Source: Eledone cirrhosa
Taxonomy: Eukaryota
Direction of reading: 5' to 3'
Assembly: GCA_964016885.1 (NCBI GenBank)
Contig: OZ024742.1
Span: forward strand, 253,766,001 to 253,830,000
DNA length: 64,000 nucleotides
A program made the position numbers and the translations under genes. This document shows, in pieces, positions 1 through 10,694 of the stretch. The notes under the pieces were generated by a model. It was given only the letters and a program-made list of their open reading frames with translations. It ran no database searches and was not told the DNA's origin. Position 1 is the first letter of the stretch, and each line of letters starts with the position of its first letter.

Positions 1-52
<52 letters not shown>

Positions 53-262
53 TGTGTGTGTGTATGTGTGTACATGCATATCTATCTGTATAGATATGTA
101 TATGTGTGTAGATGTGTGCGTGTGTTCTAATATATAGGTATATATGTGTGCGTGTCTGCGTATGTGTACGAATGTCTATGTATGTGTGTGGGTGTGTGTG
201 TGTACATGTGTGTTTGTGTGTATGTGAGAGTGTGTGTGTGTGCGTGTATATATATATATATA
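1..262. repeat. (TG)n/(TA)n compound microsatellite
   Basis: Direct reading; many similar (TA)n, (CA)n, (CAT)n and (AAT)n tracts occur across the window. Confidence 0.95.
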
Positions 263-496
263 TGTCGCGATATTGGTGGTATGGGATCACTAAATATAGT
301 AGTAAAAGTCAGACAATGACACCCATGTTTGAACATGATTGACAGCTTGACCGGAGGACAGACAAATGCCCCTCAGATGATGATGAGATAATTGTACCAA
401 TGAAAAGGCCAATATAACAGGATGCTAATATGTGCTGTAGATAAATAATAACTGAAATGCTTCAACAAACAGAATCGGAGACGAACTCATATACCA

Positions 497-590
497 AACA
501 TATCTGATGAATTTTCGATTACAGAGTCAGTTTTGATCTATAATAGATCATGCCTCGAACTGATCAATAGAGAAACATATGTAATATGTT
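497..590 (+). ncRNA. Type I hammerhead ribozyme with long stem II
   Basis: Stem I AACATAT/ATATGTT; core CTGATGA 504-510; stem II contains TCAGTT/AACTGA and TGATCTA/TAGATCA; GAAA 572-575; palindromic stem III ACATATGT; GTA cleavage triplet 581-583. Confidence 0.8.
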
Positions 591-640
591 ATTAAATATG
601 GTATGATGCAACACTGAATCCTTGTTCCTTATCATTATAT

Positions 641-820
641 TGGCAGTATCGGTAGAGGGTCGGACGCCATGCTTTGACACATAGAGTTACGGCCCTTTCC
701 GTTCTGAGTTCAAATCCAGCCGAGGTTAACTTTGCCTTTCATCCTTATGGGGTCGATAAAATAAAGTACCAGTAATACACTGAGTAATTGCTGGCCTTGT
801 GCCAAAAGTAGAAACAATTA
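641..820 (+). mobile_element. tRNA-derived SINE with Nin/Deu-like central domain (family S1)
   Basis: A-box-like TGGCAGTATCGG, B-box GAGTTCAAATCC, domain GCCTTTCATCCTTAYGGGGTCGATAAAATAAAGTACCAG, tail GTAGAAACAATTA; many copies in window. Confidence 0.85.
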
Positions 821-901
821 TAATATTATACTCTGCTCTGTGCGAGCATTGAATGCTCAACTGGCATACCGTCTACGGATGCATTTTTCTTGCAGCATTC
901 C

Positions 902-936
<35 letters not shown>

Positions 937-1225
937 TTCTTTAGATTAAACAGCAGCTTCATATTGTAAAACCAGAGGTATTTCCAGGGCATTTGGTGTT
1001 AAAATGAGTGGAAGTTTATAGAAATTAGAAGTGAAATATATATATAATCTCTCTCTCTATACAACAGTTAGTTCACCATTACGAGCTGAGGATCCGCTAA
1101 GGTAATCTCTCTCTCTATATATAATATATTACAGAGTAAAATGATAGGATGCGGGACATGTTGAATTCCCTCATTTATTTCTGCAAACAATATGCACATT
1201 TCAGTGGCCAGTTTACGTAAGAACC

Positions 1226-1256
<31 letters not shown>

Positions 1257-1402
1257 AGCATTTAGAAATGCGCAACCGGTAAAAACTTAAAAACTTAAAA
1301 CCACAACTGAATACTAACCCATACAATCACTAATACTCTTTTATTCCTAATTAAACCATTTTTCAACTGTGAACAATTTGTCAGCATTTTCTATTCCGTT
1401 TA

Positions 1403-1451
<49 letters not shown>

Positions 1452-1499
1452 CAGTTGACAACAAGATCCCAGAACTCATAGGGTGGGGCTCGTCAAATT

Positions 1500-1671
1500 A
1501 GACTGAGTACACAATAATTCCATTGGTCTTTCCAATTGCTAATACTATCTATCGGTCACAAATCCAGGTAGAAGGAGCAACATGAAATAAAGTGTCTTTC
1601 TCAAGGGCATAACACAATGCTCACTCTGAATCAAACTCACTACCTCATGATTGTGAATCCAAGTGCCATCA

Positions 1672-1673
<2 letters not shown>
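1500..1673 (-). mobile_element. tRNA-derived SINE with CORE-like domain (family S2), degraded
   Basis: Reverse strand has CCTTGAGAAAGACACTTTATTTCATGTTGCTCC, shared with copies near 6062, 30670, 61625 and 62948. Confidence 0.7.
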
Positions 1674-1739
<66 letters not shown>

Positions 1740-1811
1740 GGTAAATATTGATGCAATTCACTTCAAGCACTCAACGTTCTTTTTCCACATAGGAGTGACG
1801 GAGTAAATATC

Positions 1812-2506
1812 GAATAAGGAAAAGCGAAGTAGTTTCAGATGTTCAAGTCCTTTAATAATAATGCTGTGATATATATTTCAATGACGACACTGGCCACACT
1901 GTTCTGTGTGCGAGTGTCGTGTCATCGTCAGACAGCTTGTTACATAATAAGGTTATGTTTCCGAGGCAATCCAAATTGAATCGACATGGAAACGGATGAA
2001 TTGCGTTCCTTTGGGTTTTTTATCCGTTCCCTTGTGAGTACCAATTCACCCCCACCGGTCTGCGCAAGCGCATGTCCAAAGGAAGTTGACCATTAGCCAC
2101 CGCAGATTTCAACGAAATTCGCTTAGTCAGTTCACCCTCTCAGCCAAACAATGGCCCACCCATGCCTGTACTATATTTTACTGCTACCCATCACGACTGT
2201 GGCAGTCAGCCGAAGGCCAGAGGGGATGGGAGAGAGTTAGTTTTACAGGTCATAATACTACCTCTCACTAAGCGTTGACAGTACGACTGACCATCAACTC
2301 ATAAGGGAAAATAAACTTAATTCTAGGTATCATGGTTTTACATTGGAAGTTAAGAGTGAGAGTTGGAAATAAAAATAAAAAATTAAAATCCTAAATCAAA
2401 TATCAGAAATTATAAATTAAACAATTAAAAAATTAACAATTAGAAATAAAAAAATTAAACATTTTTTCAAGTGATAATTCGGATTGAAACTACTTCGCTT
2501 TTCCTT

Positions 2507-2510
<4 letters not shown>
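1812..2510. mobile_element. MITE / non-autonomous DNA transposon with 26-bp perfect TIRs
   Basis: GAATAAGGAAAAGCGAAGTAGTTTCA (1812-1837) and its exact reverse complement (2485-2510); non-coding interior. Confidence 0.75.
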
Positions 2511-2570
<60 letters not shown>

Positions 2571-2576
2571 TATATA

Positions 2577-3318
2577 TGTATATATTTTATCAAATGATTC
2601 TATGGACTTACTTTCTTATATATTGTTCTGATTGTTGATTATTTAATTAATTAATTCGTCATTGAGCCACACCATGAATGGTTGCTAAAAACATATATAT
2701 ATATATATATGGGTCTGTCTAGTTTATGTATATGTAAACCTCTATATTTTATATACTCCCATAAGGTTGAGTTAAACTGTAGGCAGTATTCGGCTGCGCT
2801 TTCTAGCAACCAGCCTACTCGCCGTCAGGTACCAATGACAAGCTTTGTGACTTGACCACTGGCCATGTGACAATTCTTAGCCATTTTGAATTCGTTTCTG
2901 GTGGGGGATCATTTAAGAAAAATTTTTGTCCAATTGAGTTTGTTTCCTGATGATTTTGAAACTCGTTGATTTATCCATGATCGGATATTTCCAAAAAGCG
3001 AATGAAACCTCCGGGGGTATAAACATGATTTTGGTATATGTTCATGTACATTTTTTCTTCTAACTTTCATTTTGTACCTAATTGTGAATGGTTAACTATA
3101 TGTCTAGTCAATTTCTACGGGCTATTAGAAATACAAGGTAAATCTTCTGTGGCTGTGGATCGCGGATAAAATAGCTATCATTTATTTATCTATTGTTTCT
3201 TCATAGGTACATTTTAAACCTATAGTCTCGTTTAATTGGTTTTTTATGTGGTTGATTATGCTGACTGGGAGAAGAAATACTGTATATATTTTATCAAATG
3301 ATTCTATGGAATTACTTT

Positions 3319-3324
<6 letters not shown>
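2577..3324 (+). mobile_element. HHR-bearing non-coding element family A (704-nt unit, terminally redundant)
   Basis: 44-bp direct repeat at 2577-2620 and 3281-3324; HHR inside; flanked by (TA)n; homologous to 8745-9335 and 41604-42750. Confidence 0.85.
2941..3025 (+). ncRNA. Type I hammerhead ribozyme (family A)
   Basis: TGTTTC-CTGATGA-long stem II-GAAA-CCTCCGGGGG-TA-TAAACA; the innermost stem I pair is mutated relative to the 42246 copy. Confidence 0.7.
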
Positions 3325-3366
<42 letters not shown>

Positions 3367-3817
3367 AAATTAAGATAAATCAAAGTGAATTTAATCTAAA
3401 TCAAAATTATGGGTGTCATGCCAGAAAGGCATGCGCCATATCACCTGTAAAATAAGCTCCAAGATTCTAATGAATAGGTCCGAGCATTTTATAACAACTA
3501 GAAATTGATTAACATATAAATAAACATATGAAACAATCACAGGGGATAACTTTTACAGATAGCTAGACTTCTTCCTTGTTGAAAATCCAAGTATCGGCCT
3601 CCGTGGTTTACCATTCGATTAATTGGTGAAATATATTTCTTTAATGGAATATATACAGGGAAGATTAATCATATTATAAGGCATATATTTTTGAAGTTCT
3701 AGTTAACTTAATTTAGTTACTTACCTAGCTATGTGTGCTTACACACTTGTAAAAATTATCCCCTATATATATGTGTGTGTGTGTGCATGTGTGTATATAT
3801 ACATATATATATAGTTA

Positions 3818-3848
<31 letters not shown>

Positions 3849-4069
3849 GATTATGTCATTTATTTTGTCTGACCTGTTTAGCTTGACTTGTTTTTTGGCT
3901 CAGGTATTCTATATCTTCTTGACCGCCTTCTCAGTTTGTATGGCCTTTATAACATATGTTTATTGCTCTAGTCTTTTAGCCTATGGAGCGCTTGCCAGCA
4001 TGACTCGGAATTAGCATTACGTTTCGCTTTTCCTACCTGCCGAAATGCGATTCTCGCTTAATTTATATT

Positions 4070-4153
<84 letters not shown>

Positions 4154-4381
4154 CATATATATGCAGCGAGTTCGCGGTAATTTCTATGCAGGTAGCGAAC
4201 TCTAGACACACCTGATCAACGAAACAATTGTCACTACTTTAAATAAAGCCCTTATTGTACAGCCTACCATGTTACTCTTCTTTCTTTAAATATATATATA
4301 TATATATATATAATATGTTGAGAAGGTATTGAGCACATTATTTACAGGGAATAACGACGGCCTATGCCTCCGTTAATTTAT

Positions 4382-4449
<68 letters not shown>

Positions 4450-4652
4450 TTAAGGATAGTATTTATGGTTATGCAAATACAAAAACCTTTTGTAGTTATA
4501 TATATTTTTACAAACCCTAAATAGTGATAGGCAGTAATATATTACTGCCTTATTACCAGTAAGTTAAATAGCTCAATGTAATAACATCAGATGTTTTACA
4601 GAGCAGTTATATATAAGTTATAAGAATCAAAGTTCTGATCAAATCATTTATA

Positions 4653-4699
4653 TGCTTACAATTGTTTCCTCCAAACCGAGGTTTGGATTCTTCGGAGCA
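4653..4699 (-). ncRNA. Type I hammerhead ribozyme, U4->C core mutation
   Basis: Reverse strand: TGCT-CCGAAGA-ATCCAAAC(CTCG)GTTTGGAG-GAAA-CAATTG-TA-AGCA. Confidence 0.7.
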
Positions 4700-4839
4700 A
4701 TTTATTAATGAATGATCACATATATGACCTCCTTTTCAACCCAAGAGACATACAGATACATATGCAAACATTGTTGCTTGGTAGGTCGACAACCATTATA
4801 ATATTTAGTATGTGTGTGTATATATAAGATGACCCCTTA

Positions 4840-5216
4840 GCCTTTGTCAAGGCAGAATTCTAGGAGAAGGAAAACTCTGATATAACACCTGCAACCCTGA
4901 TGGTATCCAATGATGTTGACTTGTTCTTCTTTTTGGTAAATATCATCTTGGTTAAGAGAGTGGGACTGGCTTTGTGCAGTGCCTTTGCTCACTATAAAAG
5001 CTTCACGGCACAGGCATTGCTTTATATCTGGAGATCTCTCTGCACTTGTCGTCACATGGTACCATGGGCCCAGCACTATGTGTCAATAATTGTCACAAGT
5101 GTAGTGTTTGTACCAGAGTTTTCATGTCGCAGGCTGGACTAAAAAGTCATACTCGTTCAGCGCATCGGTAGGGGTTCTCCTACATGGCCGTACTCGAAAA
5201 CGAGTTGGCAGCCACC
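4840..5216 (+). mobile_element. Non-autonomous RTE-derived element (5'UTR-like segment joined to a 3' end with a C2H2 remnant)
   Basis: TCTAGGAGAAGGAAAACTCTGA RTE 5'UTR-like motif; terminal frame CSVCTRVFMSQAGLKSHTRSAHR*; ends GGCAGCCACC as does the 48316 copy. Confidence 0.6.
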
Positions 5217-5244
5217 ATATATATATATATGTCCACTTGTGATG

Positions 5245-5665
5245 ATATTATAAACATTTGAATTAACAAACTTGCTTTGAGATATTTTCTACTTTCTACT
5301 AAATCATTACAGAATGTTACTAGTTAAGCTATGTTCCAAACACCAGCTTGATAATGAGAAAGTTTGTTACATTGCTAAATCTCTCCAAATTCCTCATTAT
5401 GTTCAAAATGATTTGAAAATCATAGGCAATGTATTTTATTAGAAATATGGTAATGAAAGAGTTGAAGTGTTTATACATATCTAAAATCTTCCAGGATAAT
5501 CTTTTATAAGAACCTTCATTGAGTTATATTCCAAGCACCAGCTTAATAATGAAAAGTTAGTTATATTACTAAATCCTTTCAAATTCTTCGTCATTTTCAA
5601 AATGATTTGAAAATCATAAACAGTATATTTTATATTTTATTAGAAATATGGTAATGAAAGGGTTA
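5245..5665. repeat. Dispersed AT-rich repeat with ~200-bp internal duplication (probable MITE)
   Basis: TTCCAAACACCAGCTT...AATATGGTAATGAAAG is duplicated here and recurs at 28330-28930; 5250-5310 matches 44590-44645. Confidence 0.55.
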
Positions 5666-6061
5666 GCATTGCCCCTTAACCACCTAGATATAATGTACAT
5701 TAAACTGTTTCACTCTCTCATCATTACATATGCAACAGTGAACTTTATAATAGCAACCAATATTTTTTCTTTTTAATATATATCGATTTTCCAACATCAT
5801 TAACTTCAAATATTATGTAATAATACAACAACAAAACTGCCTTATATTCATGTAGATTTCTTAATGTTGGTGCTTATGCTGAAAAAATACAGCCATTAGT
5901 TATACAATAAAATATAATTCTTGCATAATTCATAATACATACTAAAGATATTTGGTTCTTTTTCCCTTAATTCCTCCACTGTTAGCAGAGAAAAACATTA
6001 GAAAAGGAATTTACATACAAGATCACCATGTTTTGATGTTTTAATATTCCATTGAATAATG

Positions 6062-6375
6062 AAGCTACATGGCTTAGCGATTAGGAGTGTATGGTTCATG
6101 ATTGCAAGGTGATGAATTCGATTACCAGTAGCATGCTATATCCTTGAGCAAGACACTTTATTTCATGTTGCTCCATTTCAATCAGATCGCAAAAATAATT
6201 TGTATTTGCAATTCAAAAGCCTAACCTTGCCACACATTGTGTCATGTTGAATCTCCCTGAGAAATTACATCAATGCCACATATATCTGTGGTATGCTCAG
6301 CCATTTACATGTTAATCTCACAAGCAAGTTACTCTGCTGTTTGAGCAACTGGAACACTCATTGTCAGAACTGACG
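6062..6375 (+). mobile_element. SINE family S2 (CORE-like)
   Basis: TGGCTTAGCGATTAG A-box; TCCTTGAGCAAGACACTTTATTTCATGTTGCTCC. Confidence 0.7.
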
Positions 6376-6957
6376 ATTGTCTGATACACAAACACACATC
6401 CATCCACACACATATACAAACACACCCCCACAAACACATACACGCATGTACACATTTCAATGCATCGTTAAAAATATTATTTATTCACTGACAAGCTCAT
6501 CAGAAATCTATAATCTTTGTTATGATTATTCTTTACCAAGTGTACAGGATATACTTTATCATAGCACCACCACATCAACTTACAGGGTGTATTTATCATA
6601 GCACCAGCATTACCTCTTTATAGAGTGTATTGGGTGCATGTTAACATGGCACCAGCATTGCTCCTTACTAGAGTTTATTGGATGGATTTTAGCATGACAC
6701 CAGCATTACCACTTTACAGAGTGTACAGGGTGCGTGTTATTGTAGCACCAGAACTAGAGAGGTTATCACATTCTCAGCCAGAATAAATTGTCCTCTCTAC
6801 CCAATTCCTTTTCTTAAATCTCTTTTACTTAACATTAACTGTCTCCAAAATATGAAGCTATAATAATTATTAGTTGTTGCCCCAGGAAACAACTGATAAT
6901 TAATTAGAAACAACTAGTCTTAAAAATCAATGACATTTAATTTTTTTATTTATTAGT

Positions 6958-6992
<35 letters not shown>

Positions 6993-6998
<6 letters not shown>

Positions 6999-7730
6999 TG
7001 TCATAAAAGTATCAGGACTTAGTGTGCTGTGTGAGCTATGATTGGGGCAGAGTTTTGTGGATTGCATACCCATGTGATGTAATATCCTGGGAGTATATAA
7101 CTGTGATCTCAGCTCTCTGCAGCCATTGACTGTTTTTTAACATGCTTTTGTTAACAGCTCTTCAACTCTAGGCTATTGAGCAATGGGCACAGAGTAATGA
7201 ACCAGCCTGAAGTTTTTGGTCCAGCTAGAGAAAACTCCATCAGAAGCATTCATAATACTGTACATAATACATAAGTGTACTGAGATAAGGCGATGTTCCA
7301 CTTGTGTTTTCAAGTGGTATAAAAGCTTCAAAGAGGGACATGAGGATATGGAAGCTGACCCCAGGAGTGGAAGGCTTTCAACAAGCAGGACTGAGGCAGC
7401 TGGAGCATGGTAATCATCAGCTGACTGTTTGATTGATTGCAGCAAAGCTGGGCATCAACTACGACAGCATTTGGAACATTATCACTGAAGATTTCAGCAT
7501 GCAGAAGATCTGTGTCAAGATGGTGTTGAAGCTAGTGAACAATGTTCAAAGGAGTTGCACATGCACATGTGTCAGCATATTCTTAAGTGTCTTGAAACTG
7601 AATCAGATTTTCTGGGGAGAGTCATTACTGGTGTTGAATCATGCATCTTTGAGTACAACCTATTTTCTGGATGTGGAAGCCATCAAGATGGCCATGACAC
7701 CTGAGCTGTGGATAATCCCAGGAGATGCGA
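6993..7730 (+). mobile_element. Degraded mariner transposon
   Basis: KTPSEAF..VFKWYKSFKEGHEDMEADPRSGRLSTS (mariner HTH); IAAKLGI..IITEDFSMQKICVKMV; frameshifts. Confidence 0.8.
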
Positions 7731-7827
7731 CACTGAATTCTTGTTCCTTATCATTATAATATATATATATGCTAGCGTGGAAGATGGACGTTAAATAAAG
7801 ATGATGATGATGATATATATATATAGA

Positions 7828-8740
7828 TACTTTCCGTTACCTGGGTGACAAAATCAGCACTGGTGGATGGTGCTCTGAAAGTACAGTAGCCAGAGTCAGA
7901 ACGGGATGGAAAAAGTTCAGAGAGCTTATACCGCTGTTGGCCACAAAAGGTTTCTCTCTAAAAATGAAAGGCAGATTGTATGGTGCCTGCATACGAACAG
8001 CAATGCTACGTGGCAGTGAGACATGGGCATTGTGTGAAAAGGACCTGCACAGACTGGAAAGGAATGAAGCATACATGCACCGTTGGATGTGTAATAGTAA
8101 TATACGTGAATGGCAAAGCATAAATGAACTCAGTGATAAATTAGGATTAAGAGGGATCAGATGCTGTTTACTTGAGAGAAGACTACGTTGGTATGGTCAC
8201 GTGATGCGCATGAAAGACGACAGCTGTATAAAAAAGAGCAGGGCAATCAAAATTGATGGATGTTACGGAGTAGGTAGACCCAGAAAAACCTGGGACGATT
8301 TGATAAATTCCAACCTTACACACTTGCACCTCTCTAAGACAATGGCACGGGACTGAGATCTTTGGCACCACGCAGTAATACAGAAGACCCGCCTTGCCTG
8401 TGTACAAAGCAAAACCTACAGTCAGTAGGCACCTCTTAACCAAATATACACCCTAATCCACTACCCCAACTCCATTCTCCCACTCCCACTCCTGTGTAAA
8501 GTCGGTACCACAACATCCAGTCCAAATAAATGAGAAAATGAGATCGAGATCGCAATCGTGTAGGTGTCACGAAAAAAAAAACACACAGTCCACGCTGCAA
8601 TGTGGCCGTGTAGGTAACATGGTAAAAAGTTCCCAGTCCACACTGTAAATGTGGTTGGTGTTAGGAAGGGCATCCAGCCGTAGAAAACCGGTCAGACAGT
8701 TCTATACGAGCAAGACAACCAATTCACGTTGTGAACAGTT
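7828..8740 (+). mobile_element. RTE LINE 3' fragment
   Basis: ORF 7937-8356 KGRLYGACIRTAMLRGSETW..RRLRWYGHVMRM..GRPRKTW; 3'UTR with GTTAGGAAGGGCATCCAGC. Confidence 0.9.
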
Positions 8741-8744
8741 TCCA

Positions 8745-9335
8745 CATATATATCTGTGACTTTATGTATACGTAAATCTTTATATTTAATAATCTCACGT
8801 TGGGTTGAGATGCAATTTGGGCGATATTGGGCTGCGCTTTCTAGCAACCAGTAAGCAACTAATCACATTCTTTCTAACTTGACCACTGCCACGTCACGAT
8901 TCTTAGCCATTTTTTTAATCTATATCTGGCGGAATCGCTTTGGAAAATTAACTGTCCTATTGAGTTTGTCTCCTGATGAGTTCGATACTCGAGATTTATC
9001 CTTAAAAGGATGTCTCAAAATACGAACGAAACCATGGTAGGGATATAATTACGGTATGTACCCATTTCTTCTAACTTTAAATTTATACCTAATTGTGTAT
9101 GGTTGACGGTATATTTGGTCAGTTTCTACATGCTGTTGAAATGTTGGGTAAATACTCTATTGTGGTCAACCGCGAAGAGGCTGCTTTCTGTTATTTATCA
9201 AATATTTCTTCATAGGGGCCTTTATTCTTATAGCCTGGTCTAATTGATTTTTTATATGGTTAATTATGCTAATTGGGAGAGGAAATAGTATAGTATATAT
9301 TTTATCTAATAATTCTAAGGACATGATTTATGATA
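8745..9335 (+). mobile_element. HHR element family A, diverged copy
   Basis: Colinear with 2705-3320, e.g. GGCTGCGCTTTCTAGCAACCAG and TTCTTAGCCATTTT; ends at the same point before (TA)n. Confidence 0.8.
8967..9045 (+). ncRNA. Type I hammerhead ribozyme, intact core
   Basis: TGTCTC/GGGATA stem I; CTGATGA; GTTCG...CGAAC stem II with inner ATCCT/AGGAT hairpin; GAAA; palindromic ACCATGGT; GTA. Confidence 0.85.
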
Positions 9336-9349
9336 TATATATATATATA

Positions 9350-9559
9350 TAACGGAGGAAATGTGGTAAGGAACCAGGTGGACCATAACGCACCAAAGTA
9401 CTCAATACTTAGGGTAGTAGAGTGGGTAATAGGAACGAGTAGGACCCTGACGGCTGAGCTGAAGCCGTTTCGACAGCTAATTCTGGACTAAATGATTTAG
9501 TCCAGAATTAGCCGTCGAAACGGCTTGAGCTCAGCCGTCGGGGTCCTACTCGTTCCTAT
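9350..9559. repeat. Head-to-head palindrome of hammerhead 3' halves plus tail (family H)
   Basis: Arms 9429-9493 and 9495-9559 are nearly perfect inverted repeats, each GAAACGGC-loop-GCCGTC-RGGGTCC; same family at 48102, 53821, 61531 and 43128. Confidence 0.8.
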
Positions 9560-10021
9560 ATATATATCTATATATAAAACCATTTCATCATGATTTTATG
9601 AAAGAACCTCTGTTAATTTATGTTTCACACACCCTCTAAATTCTTCAAAAATTTTCAAATGATGTGGTCTTTCATTAGAATTGTGTTGATGTACAAATAG
9701 TAACAAAATAAAAATCTGTCAGTCCTTTAACTTGATGAGTCTCTCTATCTTTGCATAATTTTTCCTTTATGAAGATTTAATAGCTTCATAAATATTTCAC
9801 TAGAATTTATTTCCACTTCACGACCTCTTTTATTTAAATAAATTTTCCCATGAACACCCATGCTACAATTATTCAACTCCCAGATTGTTATACAGTGACA
9901 ATTAAAAGAGAGAAATATTTGTACTTAGAAGAAAATAGATGTGTGTTTATTTTGAACTTAGCTCATGGACCCTCATTACTAACATTGTGGCCCTGTATAA
10001 ATATGTATATACATACATATG

Positions 10022-10548
10022 GGCATGGTGGCTTCAAACTTTGCTAAGAATATTGCAATTACTTGTCAGATTACAGAAAATGGTGTACTTTTAGGCTACA
10101 GCCAGCCACACGAACCTGTAACATATCCTGAACAAGCAATGCCTGTGCTTTGAGGGTTTTTTTTTAAGTGGGGAAAGGACTTGCACTTGACCAATCCCAC
10201 TCTCTGAGCATCAAAAGCAATACCTGAAAAGGATAACTGGTCAACATCATCGGATGTTTCCGAAGCCGCAGGTTTTTTTTCAGAGTTTCCCTCTCTTAGA
10301 AAGTTGTTGTGACAACAACTGGAGGCATTTCCAGGTGAAAAAGAAAAAAATACTATTTGGATGGCCATTGACTCTGTTGAGTTCCTCCGCCCTTTGCCAG
10401 GTTTTGTATTTCATCCCGCAGGGTGTCCAAATATCACCCACCTCACCAAGCAAGCTTGGTGGGGTTGCCAGTTTAGTCGCTGATGACCCGGCCATGAGAC
10501 AGGTTGTACTGGGTTACATGTTACCAGTAGCACTCAAGAGTGACCTGA
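10022..10548 (-). mobile_element. Non-autonomous RTE-derived element
   Basis: Colinear with 48316-48812 and related to 4840-5216; RTE 5'UTR-like motifs AGGGCGGAGGAACTC and GAGGGAAACTCTGA. Confidence 0.65.
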
Positions 10549-10694
10549 CATATAGGCATACATGCAAACATACATACACACTCACACATCTACCACAAAC
10601 ATACACATACACACACATGCACACGCACACAGACACACACACACACAGACGCACACACACATACACACACACACATATATATATACACATTGTC

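Noticed and set aside
4195-4240. CGAAACAATTGTC hammerhead 3' half
   Set aside because: No pairing stem I or recognisable 5' core; single degraded instance.
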